Assembly: GCA_963796275.1 (NCBI GenBank)
Contig: CAWCKY010000007.1
Coordinates: 608,001 to 672,000, forward strand
DNA: 64,000 nucleotides
Reading direction: 5' to 3'
Origin: an uncultured Acidobacteriota bacterium
Lineage (GTDB): Bacteria > Acidobacteriota > Blastocatellia > RBC074
The notes beneath the pieces are model-generated. The model saw nothing but the letters and a program-made list of their open reading frames with translations, did no database searches and was not told where the DNA came from. Below are positions 24,725-40,510 of the stretch, one piece after another. The position numbers were made by a program, and so were the translations under genes. Positions within the stretch are counted from its first letter, which is position 1. Each line of letters starts with the position of its first letter.

Positions 24725-25468
24725 ATGCAAACGATATTTCAGGATTTGCGCTATGGAATGCGGATGCTGCTGAAGAACCCGGGATTCGCGATTGTCGCCG
24801 TCATCACAACCCCGAGCAATCGAGCGAATGGCGCGAGATAGTGGGAGTGGCCGGGCGATGTTCGTTACAATGGCATGGACGACAGCGGTGCGGTGACCGT
24901 CTATACGCCATTCGCACAAAACCCATTTCTCTGGACCTATCTCTTGATCCGCACCGAAGGCTTATCTGAAACATAGACGCAGAGCGTGCGTTAGGCCGTC
25001 AGCTCGGTCGATGCGACAGTCGAAACGGGGAGCTTTCAAACGATGGACCAGCTGATCTCGCGTTCGGTCGCACAGCCGAGATTTTATACGATACTTCTCG
25101 GCGCATTCGCATTCCTGGCGCTGATCTTGGCGGCTGTTGGCATCTATGGCGTGATGGCATACGCAGTGGCGCAGCGAACGCACGAAATAGGTGTGCGGAT
25201 GGCGTTGGGAGCGAGCCGCGGCGATGTGCTCAGAATGGTGATCAAGCGAGGAATGATATTGGCTTTAGCCGGCGTCGCGCTCGGTTTACTGGTGGCATTC
25301 GGATTGACCCGTCTCATGGGCAATCTGCTTTTTGGCGTCGGAGCGACAGACCCGATGACGTTTGCCGTTATATCGATGATGCTGATCGGGGTTGCGCTGC
25401 TGGCTTGTTTCATTCCGGCGTGCCGGGCGACTAATGTAGATCCGATAGTTTCTCTGCGTTACGAATAA
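24725..25468 (+). pseudogene. ADOP/MacB-type duplicated permease remnant with a large internal deletion
   Basis: [28 protein letters not shown] joined directly to [13 protein letters not shown]...; frameshift near 24855; in-frame TAG at 24974 and 24992; intact C-terminus RTHEIGVRMALGA...VDPIVSLRYE. Confidence 0.85.
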
Positions 25469-25484
25469 TTGAGCGAAAACGCGC

Positions 25485-25587
25485 TCGGAGTTCCGCCTTC
25501 AGGCGGTCAGAAATCATGCGAAAAGAAAAGACCGCGTAAACGCGGAACTCCAAACGCGATAGTTCGGAGTTTCGCCTTCAAGCGGTA
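25485..25587. repeat. REP-type palindromes (GGAGTTCCGCCTTCAGGCGG family), three copies
   Basis: CGGAGTTCCGCCTTCAGGCGGT, inverted ACCGCGTAAACGCGGAACTCC, and CGGAGTTTCGCCTTCAAGCGGT. Confidence 0.65.
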
Positions 25588-25627
25588 ATGGTACTCCCGA
25601 CCATTTCCAGGGAGAGAGCAATATAGA

Positions 25628-27718
25628 ATGGGGCTCCGCGACGTTTATGACGGCCGTCAATCCTGGGCTGATTACCTCGGCTCTCACGCGCAATTCGACA
25701 ATTTTTCGCAAGCCCTGGTAAGACGTGACAAGATTCCTGGTTCGGTCGGACAGCAAGGCGGCCCCAGTTCGGTGAAAGTCAGGCTCAGTCCGAATGACTA
25801 TCAGCTCGCGCTGGAATCGGGATTGGGAGCTGTCGGTTACGACGTCGGTCAGGCTAACACCGGGGAATACAGTCTCGAGCTGGGCATCGAGAAACTTGTC
25901 GGCGGACTAGGCCAGCTCAATGCCGATTTCAACTTTCTGATGGGCGATCTCGTCTGGAAGTTCGAAATGTCTCAGGAGACGCTCAACAATATTTTGCATG
26001 AGATTCGCCTGGCTGAATTCGAACGCGAGGCACGGGCATACCGCAGCCGCGCTGAGAGAGCCTATATCCATGGCTGGTATGAGGAGGCGCTCGGCGATTT
26101 CCTGGAGGCCGAGAAACGCAACTACCCCGATTACTCCGTTCACCGATCGATCGCCACCATCTATCTATATCATCTGATCGACCTCTCTCAAGCTCTGGCT
26201 TATTTCCTGAAGGCGGCCAAATATGCGCGGCCCGGCGATCCACGCCAGTCGGCCGAGGCGCAGTATTTTGCGGGGATGGTTTGTGTGATCCAGCAACAAA
26301 CGGAGGCAGCTTCCGTCCATTTGCAGGAGGCTGTGAAACTCGATCCGGAATTGTTCGAGGCCCATTACCAGCAAGCCTGTCTCGCCGTCAGGCTGGGAAA
26401 GACAGAGTCGGCGATCGCCTGTTTGGAATCGGCGATCAAAGGAGATCCCAGATATTACGAGCGCGCCAGAGGCGACCGAAGTTTTGATGTTGTGCGTCCA
26501 CAGGTCCAGATTCTGCTGGATCGCCTGATGCAGCCGGTGAGAGAGATGATAGTCGACGTCAAGCAGGATGCCGAGTCGCTCCAAGGCTATGTCATCGCAG
26601 AACCGGAAGAAGAGAAGCTGATCGCAATTTTTCAGGAAATCGATCGTGAATTGGCTACCGGGTTAACCTATCGTACAGGATTGCACATTCTCCATAATCT
26701 CTCGGGGATCCAGGAAGAATTGCATGGAATACGTGACCGCTTCTATAAAAAATATGAGATCGATCCGCACGATTATGTGCGCTCGGTCGCCTTCAGCAAC
26801 GATGGCAGGCTTCTCGCATCGGGTTTTTTGAATGGTGGGATTCAGGTATGGGAGGTGGATTCGGGATTGCAGGCGTATTCACTCGCTGCTCATCTGGCGA
26901 GCGTTAATTCGGTTGCGTTCAGTCCGGATAACTTGTGGCTGGTTTCTGGCAGCCGCGATCGAAAGATAAAACTATGGGACGCCGGCACCGGTGGTGAGGT
27001 CCAGACATTGAACGGGCACGAAGCCGAGGTCAGGTCTGTCGCTTTCAGTCCGGACGGCCAGTGGCTGGTATCGGGAAGCCACGACAGGACCGTCAGGATC
27101 TGGCGAGTCGCCACCGGTCACGAAGTACAGTCATTACAAGGACACACGCGGCAGGTCACGTCAGCCGCCTTCAGTCCTGATGGCTCCCTGATAGCTTCGG
27201 GGAGCTGGGATAGGACAATCAGGCTTTGGGATGTTGTCAGCGGGAGAATTTTGCGCACCCTGCCCGGGCATGCGAGGGGCGTGGCCTCGGTGGTATTCAG
27301 CCCTGATGGTAAATGGCTCGCTTCAGGCGGCGAAGACGCACTGGTAAAACTTTGGGAAGTTGCGACCGGCCGGGAGCTACAGTTTTTCAAAGGACATAAC
27401 AACAGCGTTTCATCCATTGCATTCAGCCCTGACGGAGGAATGCTTGCAGCCGGCAGCCTGGGTCAAAACATATTGATCTGGAAGGTATCGACCGGGGCAG
27501 TAATCAAACACCTGAGGTACGATAATATCAGTTATAACTCGGTGGCCTTCAGCCCGAAGGGACAGTGGTTGGCACTGGGCAGCCGTGACCTGCAATTGTG
27601 GCTTAAGGTGATTCTGACGAAAGAGGAATATGCCGCGGTAAGAGAAGGCGAGGAGCGCGCCTGGCATGCCCGCAAGTTCGCGGCGGAAAAGCCGTCACAC
27701 ATCTATTTCACAAACTAA
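25628..27718 (+). CDS. TPR plus WD40-repeat protein
   Basis: About 7 GH...VAFSPDG...SGSxD..WD repeats at the C-terminus; TPR helices in the middle. Confidence 0.9.
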   Translation: MGLRDVYDGRQSWADYLGSHAQFDNFSQALVRRDKIPGSVGQQGGPSSVKVRLSPNDYQLALESGLGAVGYDVGQANTGEYSLELGIEKLVGGLGQLNADFNFLMGDLVWKFEMSQETLNNILHEIRLAEFEREARAYRSRAERAYIHGWYEEALGDFLEAEKRNYPDYSVHRSIATIYLYHLIDLSQALAYFLKAAKYARPGDPRQSAEAQYFAGMVCVIQQQTEAASVHLQEAVKLDPELFEAHYQQACLAVRLGKTESAIACLESAIKGDPRYYERARGDRSFDVVRPQVQILLDRLMQPVREMIVDVKQDAESLQGYVIAEPEEEKLIAIFQEIDRELATGLTYRTGLHILHNLSGIQEELHGIRDRFYKKYEIDPHDYVRSVAFSNDGRLLASGFLNGGIQVWEVDSGLQAYSLAAHLASVNSVAFSPDNLWLVSGSRDRKIKLWDAGTGGEVQTLNGHEAEVRSVAFSPDGQWLVSGSHDRTVRIWRVATGHEVQSLQGHTRQVTSAAFSPDGSLIASGSWDRTIRLWDVVSGRILRTLPGHARGVASVVFSPDGKWLASGGEDALVKLWEVATGRELQFFKGHNNSVSSIAFSPDGGMLAAGSLGQNILIWKVSTGAVIKHLRYDNISYNSVAFSPKGQWLALGSRDLQLWLKVILTKEEYAAVREGEERAWHARKFAAEKPSHIYFTN

Positions 27719-28084
27719 GAAAGCGAATGGGCAACAAAAAAGCAAAATACCCGTAGCGTCCCTGCGCGTCTGCCCCCGGTCAGAAAACGCGGATATTCCC
27801 GCTACGCGAAGATCACAAAAGTATCCCCAATAGCCGTTAACGCAGGCAGAAATGTTTCGGTCGAATTACAAATCGATAATTTACGGATGCGCACCGACCA
27901 CGGTTAAACCAAGGGCAGCCAGCTAGAAAAATATTTATTAATGTTCCGTCTTTTTTGCCCTTTTTGTTTGCCCATGGTAATGGCAAAATAAGCCCCGATC
28001 TGCAGACGAGCAAGCCAATCTGATGAAAACTCCCACGAACCGGGAATCTTGATTTTGTGGCACTACCGACTCGGAGGAATCAAT

Positions 28085-31345
<3,261 letters not shown>

Positions 31346-31359
31346 TAAAGAGGAGGCAT

Positions 31360-31911
31360 ATGACGGAAACTCAAAAAGCAAAAGATCGATCACAAACCTA
31401 TTGGATCATTGAACCGAAATACACAACTTTCGAGTTCAGCGTTAAAAGTTTATTCTTCTTCACGGTAACGGGAAAGTTCTCTGATTTCATAGGTAACCTT
31501 TTAATCGATGATGGCGACATTCGAAATTCCTCGGTCGATGTCACCATCAAAGCTCCCAGCATCAGCACGGGCATAAATCGTCGTGATAATCATTTGCGCT
31601 CGCCGGACTTCCTCGATGTTGGCAAACATCCGCTCATCAGCTTTCAAAGCACGGGAGTGGAAAAAGGTAGAGATCGCAACACGCTGCGAATTATCGGAAA
31701 TCTGTCGGTCAAGGGTAGCAAGAAGGAGCTGGTGCTCGATGTCGAGGAGACCGATCACAGCCGTTCACCCCAGGGAGATGAAGTGGCTTATTTCATAGCT
31801 CAGGCCAGGATCGATCGGTTCGATTTGGGCGTCCGCTATGGCCGCGGATTGATTGGCCGGACTTTGAAAGTCACGGTTCAGGCGCAGGCAACCAAAAAAT
31901 CAGCGTCTTGA
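31360..31911 (+). CDS. YceI-family protein
   Basis: SISTGINRRDNHLRSPDFLDV motif; AGGAGG RBS. Confidence 0.9.
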   Translation: MTETQKAKDRSQTYWIIEPKYTTFEFSVKSLFFFTVTGKFSDFIGNLLIDDGDIRNSSVDVTIKAPSISTGINRRDNHLRSPDFLDVGKHPLISFQSTGVEKGRDRNTLRIIGNLSVKGSKKELVLDVEETDHSRSPQGDEVAYFIAQARIDRFDLGVRYGRGLIGRTLKVTVQAQATKKSAS

Positions 31912-32007
31912 AACAGACGAGCGCGACCCCGCAGCGGATTCGATGGTTTGCTTTGCGATACGAATAGTTGGTTTCTGTGCCCCCTGTCATTAAGAAGGTG
32001 GTAAAGA

Positions 32008-33747
32008 ATGCGTTATCGATTTGTTCTCGTGTTGTTGTTGTCAAATTTGCTGGCAACCGTTTGGATTACATCCGCGCTCACCCAGTCCGCGCCTGATCCT
32101 CGGCCGGTGCCGCTGCCCGAGCTCGTCAAACATGCGGAGGCAAAAATGGCCGCCCAGGAATGGGCTGCGGCTTCCTCCCTCTGGGAGCAGGTTGTCGCGG
32201 CGAACCCGACGATGCCGCGTTATTGGGAGCAATTGGGACGTTCCCGCCAAATCGCCAAGGATTACCGCAAGGCAATCGCGGCGCTCGAAATGTCGCTCGA
32301 ACTCGGCGCCGGCTACCCCTTCAACACGGCCTATAACATCGCCTGTAGTTACGCGCAGTTGGGGGAAAAGGATCAGGCATTCAAATGGCTCGAGAAGGCG
32401 ATGGATATGGGATACCGCAATCTGCAGGTAGTCCGCATCGATACCGATCTCAAACTTTTGCGCGATGATCCGCGGTTCATCAAGCTCGCCGCCCTCGACG
32501 ACGTCAGCAAAATGTCGCGCGATGAAGGCTGGCGCTATGACCTTTGGTTTCTGGCCAGAGAACTCAAGCGCATCCACTTCGACCCTTTCAAGTATACGGC
32601 GAGAGACGAATTCGACGGGTACGTCAAAAAACTGCACGACGATATCCCTAAACTCACCGACCCGCAGATCGAAATCGGTCTGATGAAGCTCGCGCGGAAG
32701 ATGGGAGATGGACATACCTTGATTCGCCCCGCCTCAATACAACTCTCCGAACGCATGTTGGCCGATCGCGGAGTAGTGGATCGTAGAGTGGCGCCGATCG
32801 AACTCTATCTTTTTGCGGAAGGTCTGTTCATCACCGCAGCCTCTCCGAAACACGCCGACATTGTGGGCGCCCAGGTCTTGCGCATCGGCGATCACACGGT
32901 TGAAAAGGTGATGGAAACCCTCGATCAGGTGATCAGTCAGGATAACAAAATGTGGCCGAAAAACGTGGGCCCGGCGATGATGCGCAATCCGCGTACCCTC
33001 AACGGTCTGGGATTGATTCCTGACGCTGACAAAATGGTCATCACGATCAACGACCGGGAAGGGAAGTTGCGGACGGTCACTCTCGTTTCCGAACAGGTCG
33101 ATTTGACCGACGATTGGCAACAGAGTCGCCAGGGCGCGGCGGCGCCTGAACCGCTCTATCTTAAAAATAGAAAGGCCAATTACTGGTTCGAATTCATCCC
33201 CGACTCCAAAACTCTCTATTTTCAATACAATGCCGTGGCACAGGATCCGAAAGAGACGCTGCCGGAATTCTGCGAACGTATGTTCAAATTCATAAAAGAG
33301 AATCCGGTTGAACGACTGGTGATCGATATGCGATGGAATGGAGGCGGAAATAACTTTTACAACAGGCCCATCATTCACGGGTTGATACGCAATGAAAAGG
33401 TCAATCAACTCGGCAAGTTATTTGTGATCGTCGGCAGGCAGACATACTCCGCCGCGATGTGCGGCGCGACCGAGATCGAACGCCACGCCAAAGCGATCTT
33501 CGTCGGCGAGCCCACGGGCTCGAGCCCGAATTTTGTGGGCGAGTCGATCATCATCAACCTGCCGTACAGCAAGATGAGCGGCTCGATCTCCGATCTTTAC
33601 TGGCAGAATTCGGTCGCCATGGATTATCGCGTGTGGATATCGCCGCAGCTCTACGCGCCGCCGACCTTCGATTCTTATCGCGCGAATAGGGACCCGGCGA
33701 TGGAAGCGATAAACGCTTATCTGCGAGACGAAAACACGACGAAGTAG
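32008..33747 (+). CDS. Secreted TPR plus S41-family peptidase
   Basis: Signal peptide; [11 protein letters not shown]; [24 protein letters not shown] motifs. Confidence 0.85.
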   Translation: MRYRFVLVLLLSNLLATVWITSALTQSAPDPRPVPLPELVKHAEAKMAAQEWAAASSLWEQVVAANPTMPRYWEQLGRSRQIAKDYRKAIAALEMSLELGAGYPFNTAYNIACSYAQLGEKDQAFKWLEKAMDMGYRNLQVVRIDTDLKLLRDDPRFIKLAALDDVSKMSRDEGWRYDLWFLARELKRIHFDPFKYTARDEFDGYVKKLHDDIPKLTDPQIEIGLMKLARKMGDGHTLIRPASIQLSERMLADRGVVDRRVAPIELYLFAEGLFITAASPKHADIVGAQVLRIGDHTVEKVMETLDQVISQDNKMWPKNVGPAMMRNPRTLNGLGLIPDADKMVITINDREGKLRTVTLVSEQVDLTDDWQQSRQGAAAPEPLYLKNRKANYWFEFIPDSKTLYFQYNAVAQDPKETLPEFCERMFKFIKENPVERLVIDMRWNGGGNNFYNRPIIHGLIRNEKVNQLGKLFVIVGRQTYSAAMCGATEIERHAKAIFVGEPTGSSPNFVGESIIINLPYSKMSGSISDLYWQNSVAMDYRVWISPQLYAPPTFDSYRANRDPAMEAINAYLRDENTTK

Positions 33748-33774
33748 AAGTAAAAGATTAAGTATAAAAGAGGT

Positions 33775-33835
33775 GCAAAAGCAAAAGTTGCCGAAGGGGA
33801 ATACGGTATTTACCCTTTGGCAGCTTTTTGTTTTC
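33775..33835. terminator. Bidirectional terminator-like hairpin between convergent genes
   Basis: AAAAGTTGCCGAAGGG / CCCTTTGGCAGCTTTT flanked by A and T tracts. Confidence 0.6.
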
Positions 33836-33839
33836 TTCC

Positions 33840-34580
33840 CTACCAGAACAGTGCTTTCAGGTAGAGACGATTCATTCGCGCGATATTATCCAGCGATATC
33901 TCTTTGGGGCAGGCCGCTTCGCACGATCCGATGTTGGTGCAGTTGCCGAAACCTTCCTCATCCATCTGGGCGACCATACTTAACACACGCCGATCGTCCT
34001 CGATTTTTCCCTGCGGCAATAAGCTCAGGTGCGAAACCTTGGCCGCCACGAAGAGCATTGCGGAGGCGTTCTTGCATGCGGCGACGCAAGCTCCGCAGCC
34101 GATGCAAGTTGCCGCATCCATCGCCATATCCGCGTCATCTTTGGGGATTGGAATCGCATTCCCATCTGGAGCGCCCCCGGTCGATACTGAAATGTATCCG
34201 CCCGATTGAATAATCCGGTCGAATGCGCTGCGATCAACCACGAGGTCTTTGATCACAGTGAATGGCTTGGCGCGCCACGGCTCGATGGTGATCGTATCGC
34301 CGTCTTTGAATGTTCGCATATGCAGCTGGCAGGTCGTGGTCGCCGGGAGCGGCCCATGCGGCCTGCCATTGATCACCAATCCGCACATCCCGCAAATACC
34401 TTCGCGGCAGTCGTGATCGAACGCGATCTGCTCTTCGCCGCGTTTGATCAGTTCCTCGTTAATCACATCGAGCATTTCCAGGAACGACATGTCGGGGCTG
34501 ATGTTTTGTGCGTCGTATTCGATGAATTTTCCGGGTGTTCCGGCGTTCTTCTGCCGCCAGATTCGTAATGTCAGGTTCAT
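33840..34580 (-). CDS. sdhB: Succinate dehydrogenase/fumarate reductase Fe-S subunit
   Basis: [28 protein letters not shown] cysteine clusters. Confidence 0.93.
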   Translation of the reverse strand: MNLTLRIWRQKNAGTPGKFIEYDAQNISPDMSFLEMLDVINEELIKRGEEQIAFDHDCREGICGMCGLVINGRPHGPLPATTTCQLHMRTFKDGDTITIEPWRAKPFTVIKDLVVDRSAFDRIIQSGGYISVSTGGAPDGNAIPIPKDDADMAMDAATCIGCGACVAACKNASAMLFVAAKVSHLSLLPQGKIEDDRRVLSMVAQMDEEGFGNCTNIGSCEAACPKEISLDNIARMNRLYLKALFW

Positions 34581-34581
34581 A

Positions 34582-36504
34582 TCACTTGTAACTTCGCTGC
34601 GTCATCTTCACTTCTTCATAGATGAGCGATTCCTTGTGCAACGCGGGAAATTGATCGATGCCTTTGAACTCCCAGGCTGCAACGTAAGAGAACTTCCCGT
34701 CATTCCGCAGCGCCTCACCGTCTTCGGTCTGATACTCTTCACGGAAATGGCCGCCACAGGACTCTTCGCGATTGAGTGCGTCGTAGGCGAGCAGTTCGGC
34801 GAATTCCATGAAATCGGCGACCCGTCCCGCGTATTCCAGCGCCTGATTCAATTCGCCGCCTCCGCCCAGCACATTTACATCTTCCCAGAATTCCTCGCCT
34901 CAGTTCGGGGATCCGCCGCAATGCCTGCTGCAGACCGGCCCGGCTGCGCGCCATCCCGACGTCGTCCCACATCAATCTGCCCAGTTCGCGGTGGAACTCT
35001 GTAACAGTACGGTTGCCTTTGATCGCGAGCAGCCGGTCGATACGCGCACAGACATCCTCTCTCGCTTTTTTAAATTCTGCATGATCGGCAGGGTACAGGC
35101 CGTTTTTCTGGGTCGCGAAATATCCGGCAATCGTCTGCGGCAAAATGAAATATCCGTCGGCGAGCCCTTGCATAAGCGCGCTGGCGCCCAGCCGATTCGC
35201 GCCGTGATCGGAAAAATTGGCTTCGCCGATCACGAAGAGCCCCGGGATATTGCTCATCAATTCATAATCGACCCACAGGCCGCCCATCGTGTAATGCACT
35301 GCCGGATAGATCCGCATCGGTTGTTCATATGCGTTCTCTCCCGTGATGCGCTCATACATATCGAAGAGATTGCCATATCGCTCTTCGATTTTGTCGCGGC
35401 CGAGCCGCTTGATCGAATCCGAAAAATCGAGATAGACGCCGCGGCCGCCCGGACCTACGCCCCGACCTTCATCGCAGACGTTCTTGGCCGCGCGCGAGGC
35501 TATGTCGCGCGGCGCCAGATTGCCATAGCTCGGATAAATTCTTTCGAGATAGTAGTCGCGTTCGCCTTCCGGTATGTCATTGGGATGGCGCGCGTCTCCC
35601 GGTTTTTTGGGAACCCAGACGCGGCCGTCGTTGCGCAGCGATTCCGACATCAACGTTAGTTTCGATTGGTGGTCGCCGCTCTGTGGAATGCAGGTCGGAT
35701 GAATCTGCGTATAGCACGGGTTGGCGAAGAGCGCGCCTTTTCGATAAGCGCGGTATGTCGCCGTGACGTTGCATCCTTTGGCGTTGGTCGAGAGGAAAAA
35801 GACGTTGCCGTATCCGCCGGTCGCCAGCACCACCGCGTTGGCGGAGTGATGATTCGATCTCCCCGTTGACCAGATCGCGGGTGATGATGCCTTTGGCGTG
35901 GCCGTCGATAATCACGATATCGAGCATCTCGGTGCGCGGATACATCTTCACCGTGCCGGCGTACGATCTGCCGGCTCAAGGCCTGGTAGGCGCCGAGCAG
36001 TAACTGCTGGCCTGTCTGCCCGCGCGCATAAAAAGTTCGTGAAACCTGGGCGCCGCCGAAGCTGCGGTTGTCCAGCAAGCCGCCGTATTCGCGCGCGAAC
36101 GGGACGCCCTGCGCGACACACTGATCGATGATATTGACGCTGACTTCTGCGAGGCGGTGAACATTCGCTTCGCGCGCGCGGAAATCGCCGCCTTTTATCG
36201 TGTCGTAGAACAGACGGTAAATGCTGTCGCCGTCATTGCGATAGTTTTTAGCGGCGTTGATGCCGCCTTGAGCGGCGATCGAGTGGGCCCGGCGCGGACT
36301 ATCCTGGAAGCAGAAGCATTTGACGTTGTAGCCCAGTTCACCGAGCGTCGCCGCCGCCGAAGCTCCGGCCAGGCCGGTGCCGACGACGATGATCTCGAAT
36401 TTGCGTTTATTGGCAGGATTTACCAGCTTCATCTCCTGCCTGTACTTCGTCCACTTCGTCGCCACCTGGCCGGACGGGATTTTCGAGTCGAGTACCTTGT
36501 TCAT
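34582..36504 (-). CDS. sdhA: Succinate dehydrogenase flavoprotein, split by three +1 frameshifts (about 35962, 35850, 34897)
   Basis: [42 protein letters not shown] spread over four ORF pieces; removing three bases gives one frame of about 639 aa. Confidence 0.88.
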
Positions 36505-36568
36505 AACAGAAACAGAGGACAAAAAGCACGAAGAAGCGCACAAAGGGGAAAAATTTATGCGCTCTTCT

Positions 36569-37282
36569 TCATTGAATCACCTTCGCTAAAATGGCTAAAG
36601 GAATCGAACAATTGCCCAGGAAGATGAGCAGTGCGGAGATCTTGGCCAGTTTATCGAAAAAGACGAAGCTCTTTTTGCTTCTCAGCCCCAATGATTGAAA
36701 GAGGCTGCTCACGCCGTGGCTCAAATGCAGCAAGAGTAAACCCATCGATACGATGTAGAAGACGGAGATGTACGGGTTGGAGAATCCCACGATCAACATC
36801 CGATAGACGTCGTGTCTGCCCGCAACATCTCGAAAATGCAAATATTCCGGATTGATAACGCCCAAAGTATAATGTGATAGATGAAAAACGATGAAAGCCA
36901 GAATTATCAGCCCGCTCCAAAAAATCGTGCGGTTAGCCAGGGTCGACGCGATCACTTTCCCGGTCGCATACGCTTCGTTTCGCGCGCGCCGGTTTGCGAT
37001 CGCGAGTTGAATGCCGGCTGTGATGTGCAAGACGACAATCGTAAATAAACCCAACCGAACTGACCACAGTATTGCAGGAGTGGACTTTAAAAATTGGGCA
37101 TAGGTATTTATTTTGTCCGGTCCGAAGAAAATCTGCAGGTTGCCGAGCATATGGGCGATGACATAGATGAAAAGACCGAGTCCGGTAACAGCCATGACAT
37201 ACTTCTTACCGAGAGAAGATCGCCAGATGCGCGATAATAACCCTGACGTCGATGGTTGCAGGCTCTGTACTGAAGCCGCCAT
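36569..37282 (-). CDS. sdhC: Succinate dehydrogenase cytochrome b558 subunit (single large anchor)
   Basis: [31 protein letters not shown]; 5 TMs with His ligands. Confidence 0.9.
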   Translation of the reverse strand: MAASVQSLQPSTSGLLSRIWRSSLGKKYVMAVTGLGLFIYVIAHMLGNLQIFFGPDKINTYAQFLKSTPAILWSVRLGLFTIVVLHITAGIQLAIANRRARNEAYATGKVIASTLANRTIFWSGLIILAFIVFHLSHYTLGVINPEYLHFRDVAGRHDVYRMLIVGFSNPYISVFYIVSMGLLLLHLSHGVSSLFQSLGLRSKKSFVFFDKLAKISALLIFLGNCSIPLAILAKVIQ

Positions 37283-37554
37283 CCCGCCCTCCTTTCTTTA
37301 ACCTATAATTGTAAGACATAAATCGAACAAGTGTAAAAATATCAGCACCTATCCGATAAGATTTTCGTTTGTAATTTTTCTTTCTCGATGATAGGCTGCC
37401 TCCCGTTCAGGTGATCGAAATTATTTATACCGCTCATTAGATCTTTTATTGATAGAGCACATCGACTCCCAACGAATCTGCTAAAACGGCGTTATTCACA
37501 GCTCCAGCTCTTTATCAATAATTCTCTTTGAGGCACCTCAGGAGGAATTGGCAC

Positions 37555-38004
37555 ATGGCAGTTTCCGTCAAAGCGATCAAGCTCTGGCGCAGCGAAATCG
37601 CCAACCAGCCTGGCACACTCGCCAAAGTACTCGCCCCGCTGGCGCAAGCCGGCTCTGATCTGCAACTACTCATGGGTTATCGTTATCACGGTAATGAGAC
37701 GAGGGCAGCTGTCGAGCTCTTCCCTGTCACGGGCAAAAAACAGGCGGTTGCCGCACAGGCAGCCGGTCTGAGAATGTCGTCTGAGCCCGCTTTACTTGTC
37801 GAAGGCGATAACAAGCGCGGCGCCGCCCATGCGATCTCCGCAGCTATCGCAGATGCGGGAATCAATGTGAGCTTCGTCGTCGCGCAGGTAGTAGGCAGAA
37901 GGTTCTCAGCCGTCTTCGCGTTTAAAACCGATGAAGATGCGCGCAAAGCCGCCACGCTTATCAAAAAGACGTTGGCAGCTAAAAAATCAAGTAAGAAAAA
38001 ATAA
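37555..38004 (+). CDS. Tandem ACT-domain protein
   Basis: NQPGTLAKVLAPLAQAG and DNKRGAAHAISAAIADAGINV ACT-like repeats; AGGAGG RBS. Confidence 0.7.
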   Translation: MAVSVKAIKLWRSEIANQPGTLAKVLAPLAQAGSDLQLLMGYRYHGNETRAAVELFPVTGKKQAVAAQAAGLRMSSEPALLVEGDNKRGAAHAISAAIADAGINVSFVVAQVVGRRFSAVFAFKTDEDARKAATLIKKTLAAKKSSKKK

Positions 38005-38014
38005 TTGTTGATAT

Positions 38015-39757
38015 ATGGACATCTCTTCCTTTGACGTGTTGCTGGTTGGCGGAGGCGGCGCCGGCTTGCGAGCAGCTATAGCCGTCTCTGAAAACAATCC
38101 TAAACTCAATGTGGCCGTAGTATCGAAGGTCTATCCCATGCGCAGCCACACGGTGTCCGCCGAGGGCGGCGCCGCAGGAGTGATCAAACCCAACGATTCG
38201 CTCGATGAACACGCGTACGACACTATCTCCGGTGGCGACTGGATGTGCGATCAGGATGCCGTGGAAGCATTCGTACGAGAAGCTCCCAAAGAGCTGTTGC
38301 AACTGGAGCATTGGGGATGCCCGTGGAGCAGGGAACCCGATGGGCAGGTAGCTGTCCGGCCGTTTGGCGGAATGAAGAATGAACGGACTTGGTTCGCCGC
38401 CGATAAGACCGGCTTCCATATGCTCCACACCCTGTTTCAGACCTCGCTCAAATACAAGGCGATTGCCCGCTTTGACGAATATTTCGTGACGAAGCTGCTG
38501 GTGGATAACGGCCGGGTGCATGGAGTGGTGGCGATCGAGATAATGACCGGAAAGATCCACGCCATCCTGGCCAAAGCGGTGATCTTGTGTACCGGAGGCT
38601 GCGGGCGCATATTTCCATTCACCACCAATGCCAATATCAAGAACGGCGATGGCATGGCGATCGCCTATCGCGCCGGCCTGCCGCTGAAGGACATGGAATT
38701 TGTCCAATACCATCCGACCGGATTACCGTTCACCGGTATTTTGATTACCGAAGCGGCGCGCGCCGAAGGCGGAATTTTGCTCAACAAAGACAACTACCGG
38801 TATCTGCAGGATTACAACCTGGGGACCCCGCAGCCCAAGCCGGTGTTGCGTACGATGGAGCTGGGGCCGCGCGACCGCCTCTCACAGGCGTTCATCAAAG
38901 AGCTGGAGAAGAACCGGACGATCGAGACGCCATACGGTCCGGTCGTTCACCTCGACATTCGCCATCTGGGCGAGAAAGTAATCAACACCAAACTTCCATT
39001 TGTCCGCGAACTCTGCCTCAAATATCAGAACATCGACCCGATCAAAGAGATGATTCCGGTGCGTCCGGTGGTCCATTACATAATGGGGGGCGTTCATACC
39101 GATATAAACGCGGCCACGCCGCTCAAGGGGCTATATGCCGCAGGCGAAGTCGCATGCGTCAGCATCAACGGCGCGAATCGCCTCGGCTCCAATTCGCTGA
39201 CGGAGTTGCTCGTTTTCGGTGCGCGGGCCGGCAAAGCAGCCGCTGACTTCGCGTCGCAAGCGACTGAGCCCAGCAACTATGTGATCGCTCAGGCGATGGA
39301 CGAACAGCGAAGGCTGGAGAAAGAGTTCCTTAACAAGACCGGAGGGCGCGAGCGTATTGCGACTATTCGGGATGAGTTGCAGATGACGATGGAGAAGGGG
39401 GCGGGAATTTATCGGACGGGCAAATTGCTGGCGGAAGCTGCCGAGAATGTCGGCAAACTGCAGGAGCGATTTAAGGATATCGCCATTTCAGACCGAAGCC
39501 ATACGTTCAACACAGAACTGATAGCGGCGCTCGAGCTTTCTTATATGCTCGAGGTTGCCGAAGCGATAGTACACTGCGGTTTGAATCGTCAGGAATCGCG
39601 CGGGGCGCATCAGCGAACGGATTTCCCCAAGCGAGACGATGAGAAATACCTGGGGCATTCGCTGATCTATCGCAATGACGCCGGGTCTCCGCGAGTGGAA
39701 TATTTGCCGGTCACCATCACGCGGTGGCCGCCTGCTGAACGTGTATATGGAAAGTGA
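38015..39757 (+). CDS. frdA: Fumarate reductase flavoprotein
   Basis: [44 protein letters not shown]; E. coli FrdA-like. Confidence 0.9.
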   Translation: MDISSFDVLLVGGGGAGLRAAIAVSENNPKLNVAVVSKVYPMRSHTVSAEGGAAGVIKPNDSLDEHAYDTISGGDWMCDQDAVEAFVREAPKELLQLEHWGCPWSREPDGQVAVRPFGGMKNERTWFAADKTGFHMLHTLFQTSLKYKAIARFDEYFVTKLLVDNGRVHGVVAIEIMTGKIHAILAKAVILCTGGCGRIFPFTTNANIKNGDGMAIAYRAGLPLKDMEFVQYHPTGLPFTGILITEAARAEGGILLNKDNYRYLQDYNLGTPQPKPVLRTMELGPRDRLSQAFIKELEKNRTIETPYGPVVHLDIRHLGEKVINTKLPFVRELCLKYQNIDPIKEMIPVRPVVHYIMGGVHTDINAATPLKGLYAAGEVACVSINGANRLGSNSLTELLVFGARAGKAAADFASQATEPSNYVIAQAMDEQRRLEKEFLNKTGGRERIATIRDELQMTMEKGAGIYRTGKLLAEAAENVGKLQERFKDIAISDRSHTFNTELIAALELSYMLEVAEAIVHCGLNRQESRGAHQRTDFPKRDDEKYLGHSLIYRNDAGSPRVEYLPVTITRWPPAERVYGK

Positions 39758-39763
39758 GGATAG

Positions 39764-40507
39764 ATGGCAGATAAAATTACTCTGGAAATTGCGCGTTATC
39801 GTCCCGAAGAAGAATCCGAACCAACCTTTGAGCGCTTCGAAGTCCCGTTTAATAAGGACTGGGTGGTATTGGATGCTTTGAACTATATCAAAGACAGACT
39901 GGATGGGTCTCTCTCGTATCGGTGGAGTTGCCGGATGGGAGTTTGCGGAAGTTGCGGGATGATGGTCAACGGAGAGCCGAAGCTTACCTGCGCCACTTTC
40001 CTCTCCAGCTATTTCCCGAATCCCATACGAGTAGAGCCGTTGCGGTATTTCCCGGTAGTTCGCGACCTGGCCGTCGAGATGACGGATTTCATGAACAAAT
40101 TGGAGAGCGTCAAACCCTGGATTATCCGTGAGGAAGAGAAACCTCTCTCCCAAGGGGAGTATCTGCAGACGCCGGAGCAGTTGGAAAGTTACAAGCAGTT
40201 CAGCATGTGTATCAACTGCATGATTTGCTATGCCGCGTGCCCGGTCTATGGGTTGGATAATCACTTCGTAGGGCCGGCGGCGCTGGCGCTGGCGCAGCGG
40301 TACAACATGGATTCACGCGATCAGGGCACGGAAGAACGTCTCGATATCCTATCGCAGCACGAGGGAATTTGGGGATGCACCTTTGTCGGCGAATGCACGA
40401 AAGCGTGTCCGAAAAACGTGGATCCCGCCGGAGCCATCCAGCAATACAAACTGAAGGCAACCACGGAATGGTTCAAATCATTTCTAATGCCGTGGGGAAG
40501 GAAGTGA
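39764..40507 (+). CDS. frdB: Fumarate reductase Fe-S subunit
   Basis: [37 protein letters not shown]. Confidence 0.92.
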   Translation: MADKITLEIARYRPEEESEPTFERFEVPFNKDWVVLDALNYIKDRLDGSLSYRWSCRMGVCGSCGMMVNGEPKLTCATFLSSYFPNPIRVEPLRYFPVVRDLAVEMTDFMNKLESVKPWIIREEEKPLSQGEYLQTPEQLESYKQFSMCINCMICYAACPVYGLDNHFVGPAALALAQRYNMDSRDQGTEERLDILSQHEGIWGCTFVGECTKACPKNVDPAGAIQQYKLKATTEWFKSFLMPWGRK

Positions 40508-40510
40508 AAA

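Noticed and set aside
24974-24994. TAG recoding (pyrrolysine or alternative genetic code)
   Set aside because: The stops sit in a gene that is also deleted and frameshifted, and TAG terminates intact genes elsewhere in the window.
34890-35970. Programmed ribosomal frameshifting in sdhA
   Set aside because: No slippery heptamers or shared context at the three sites.
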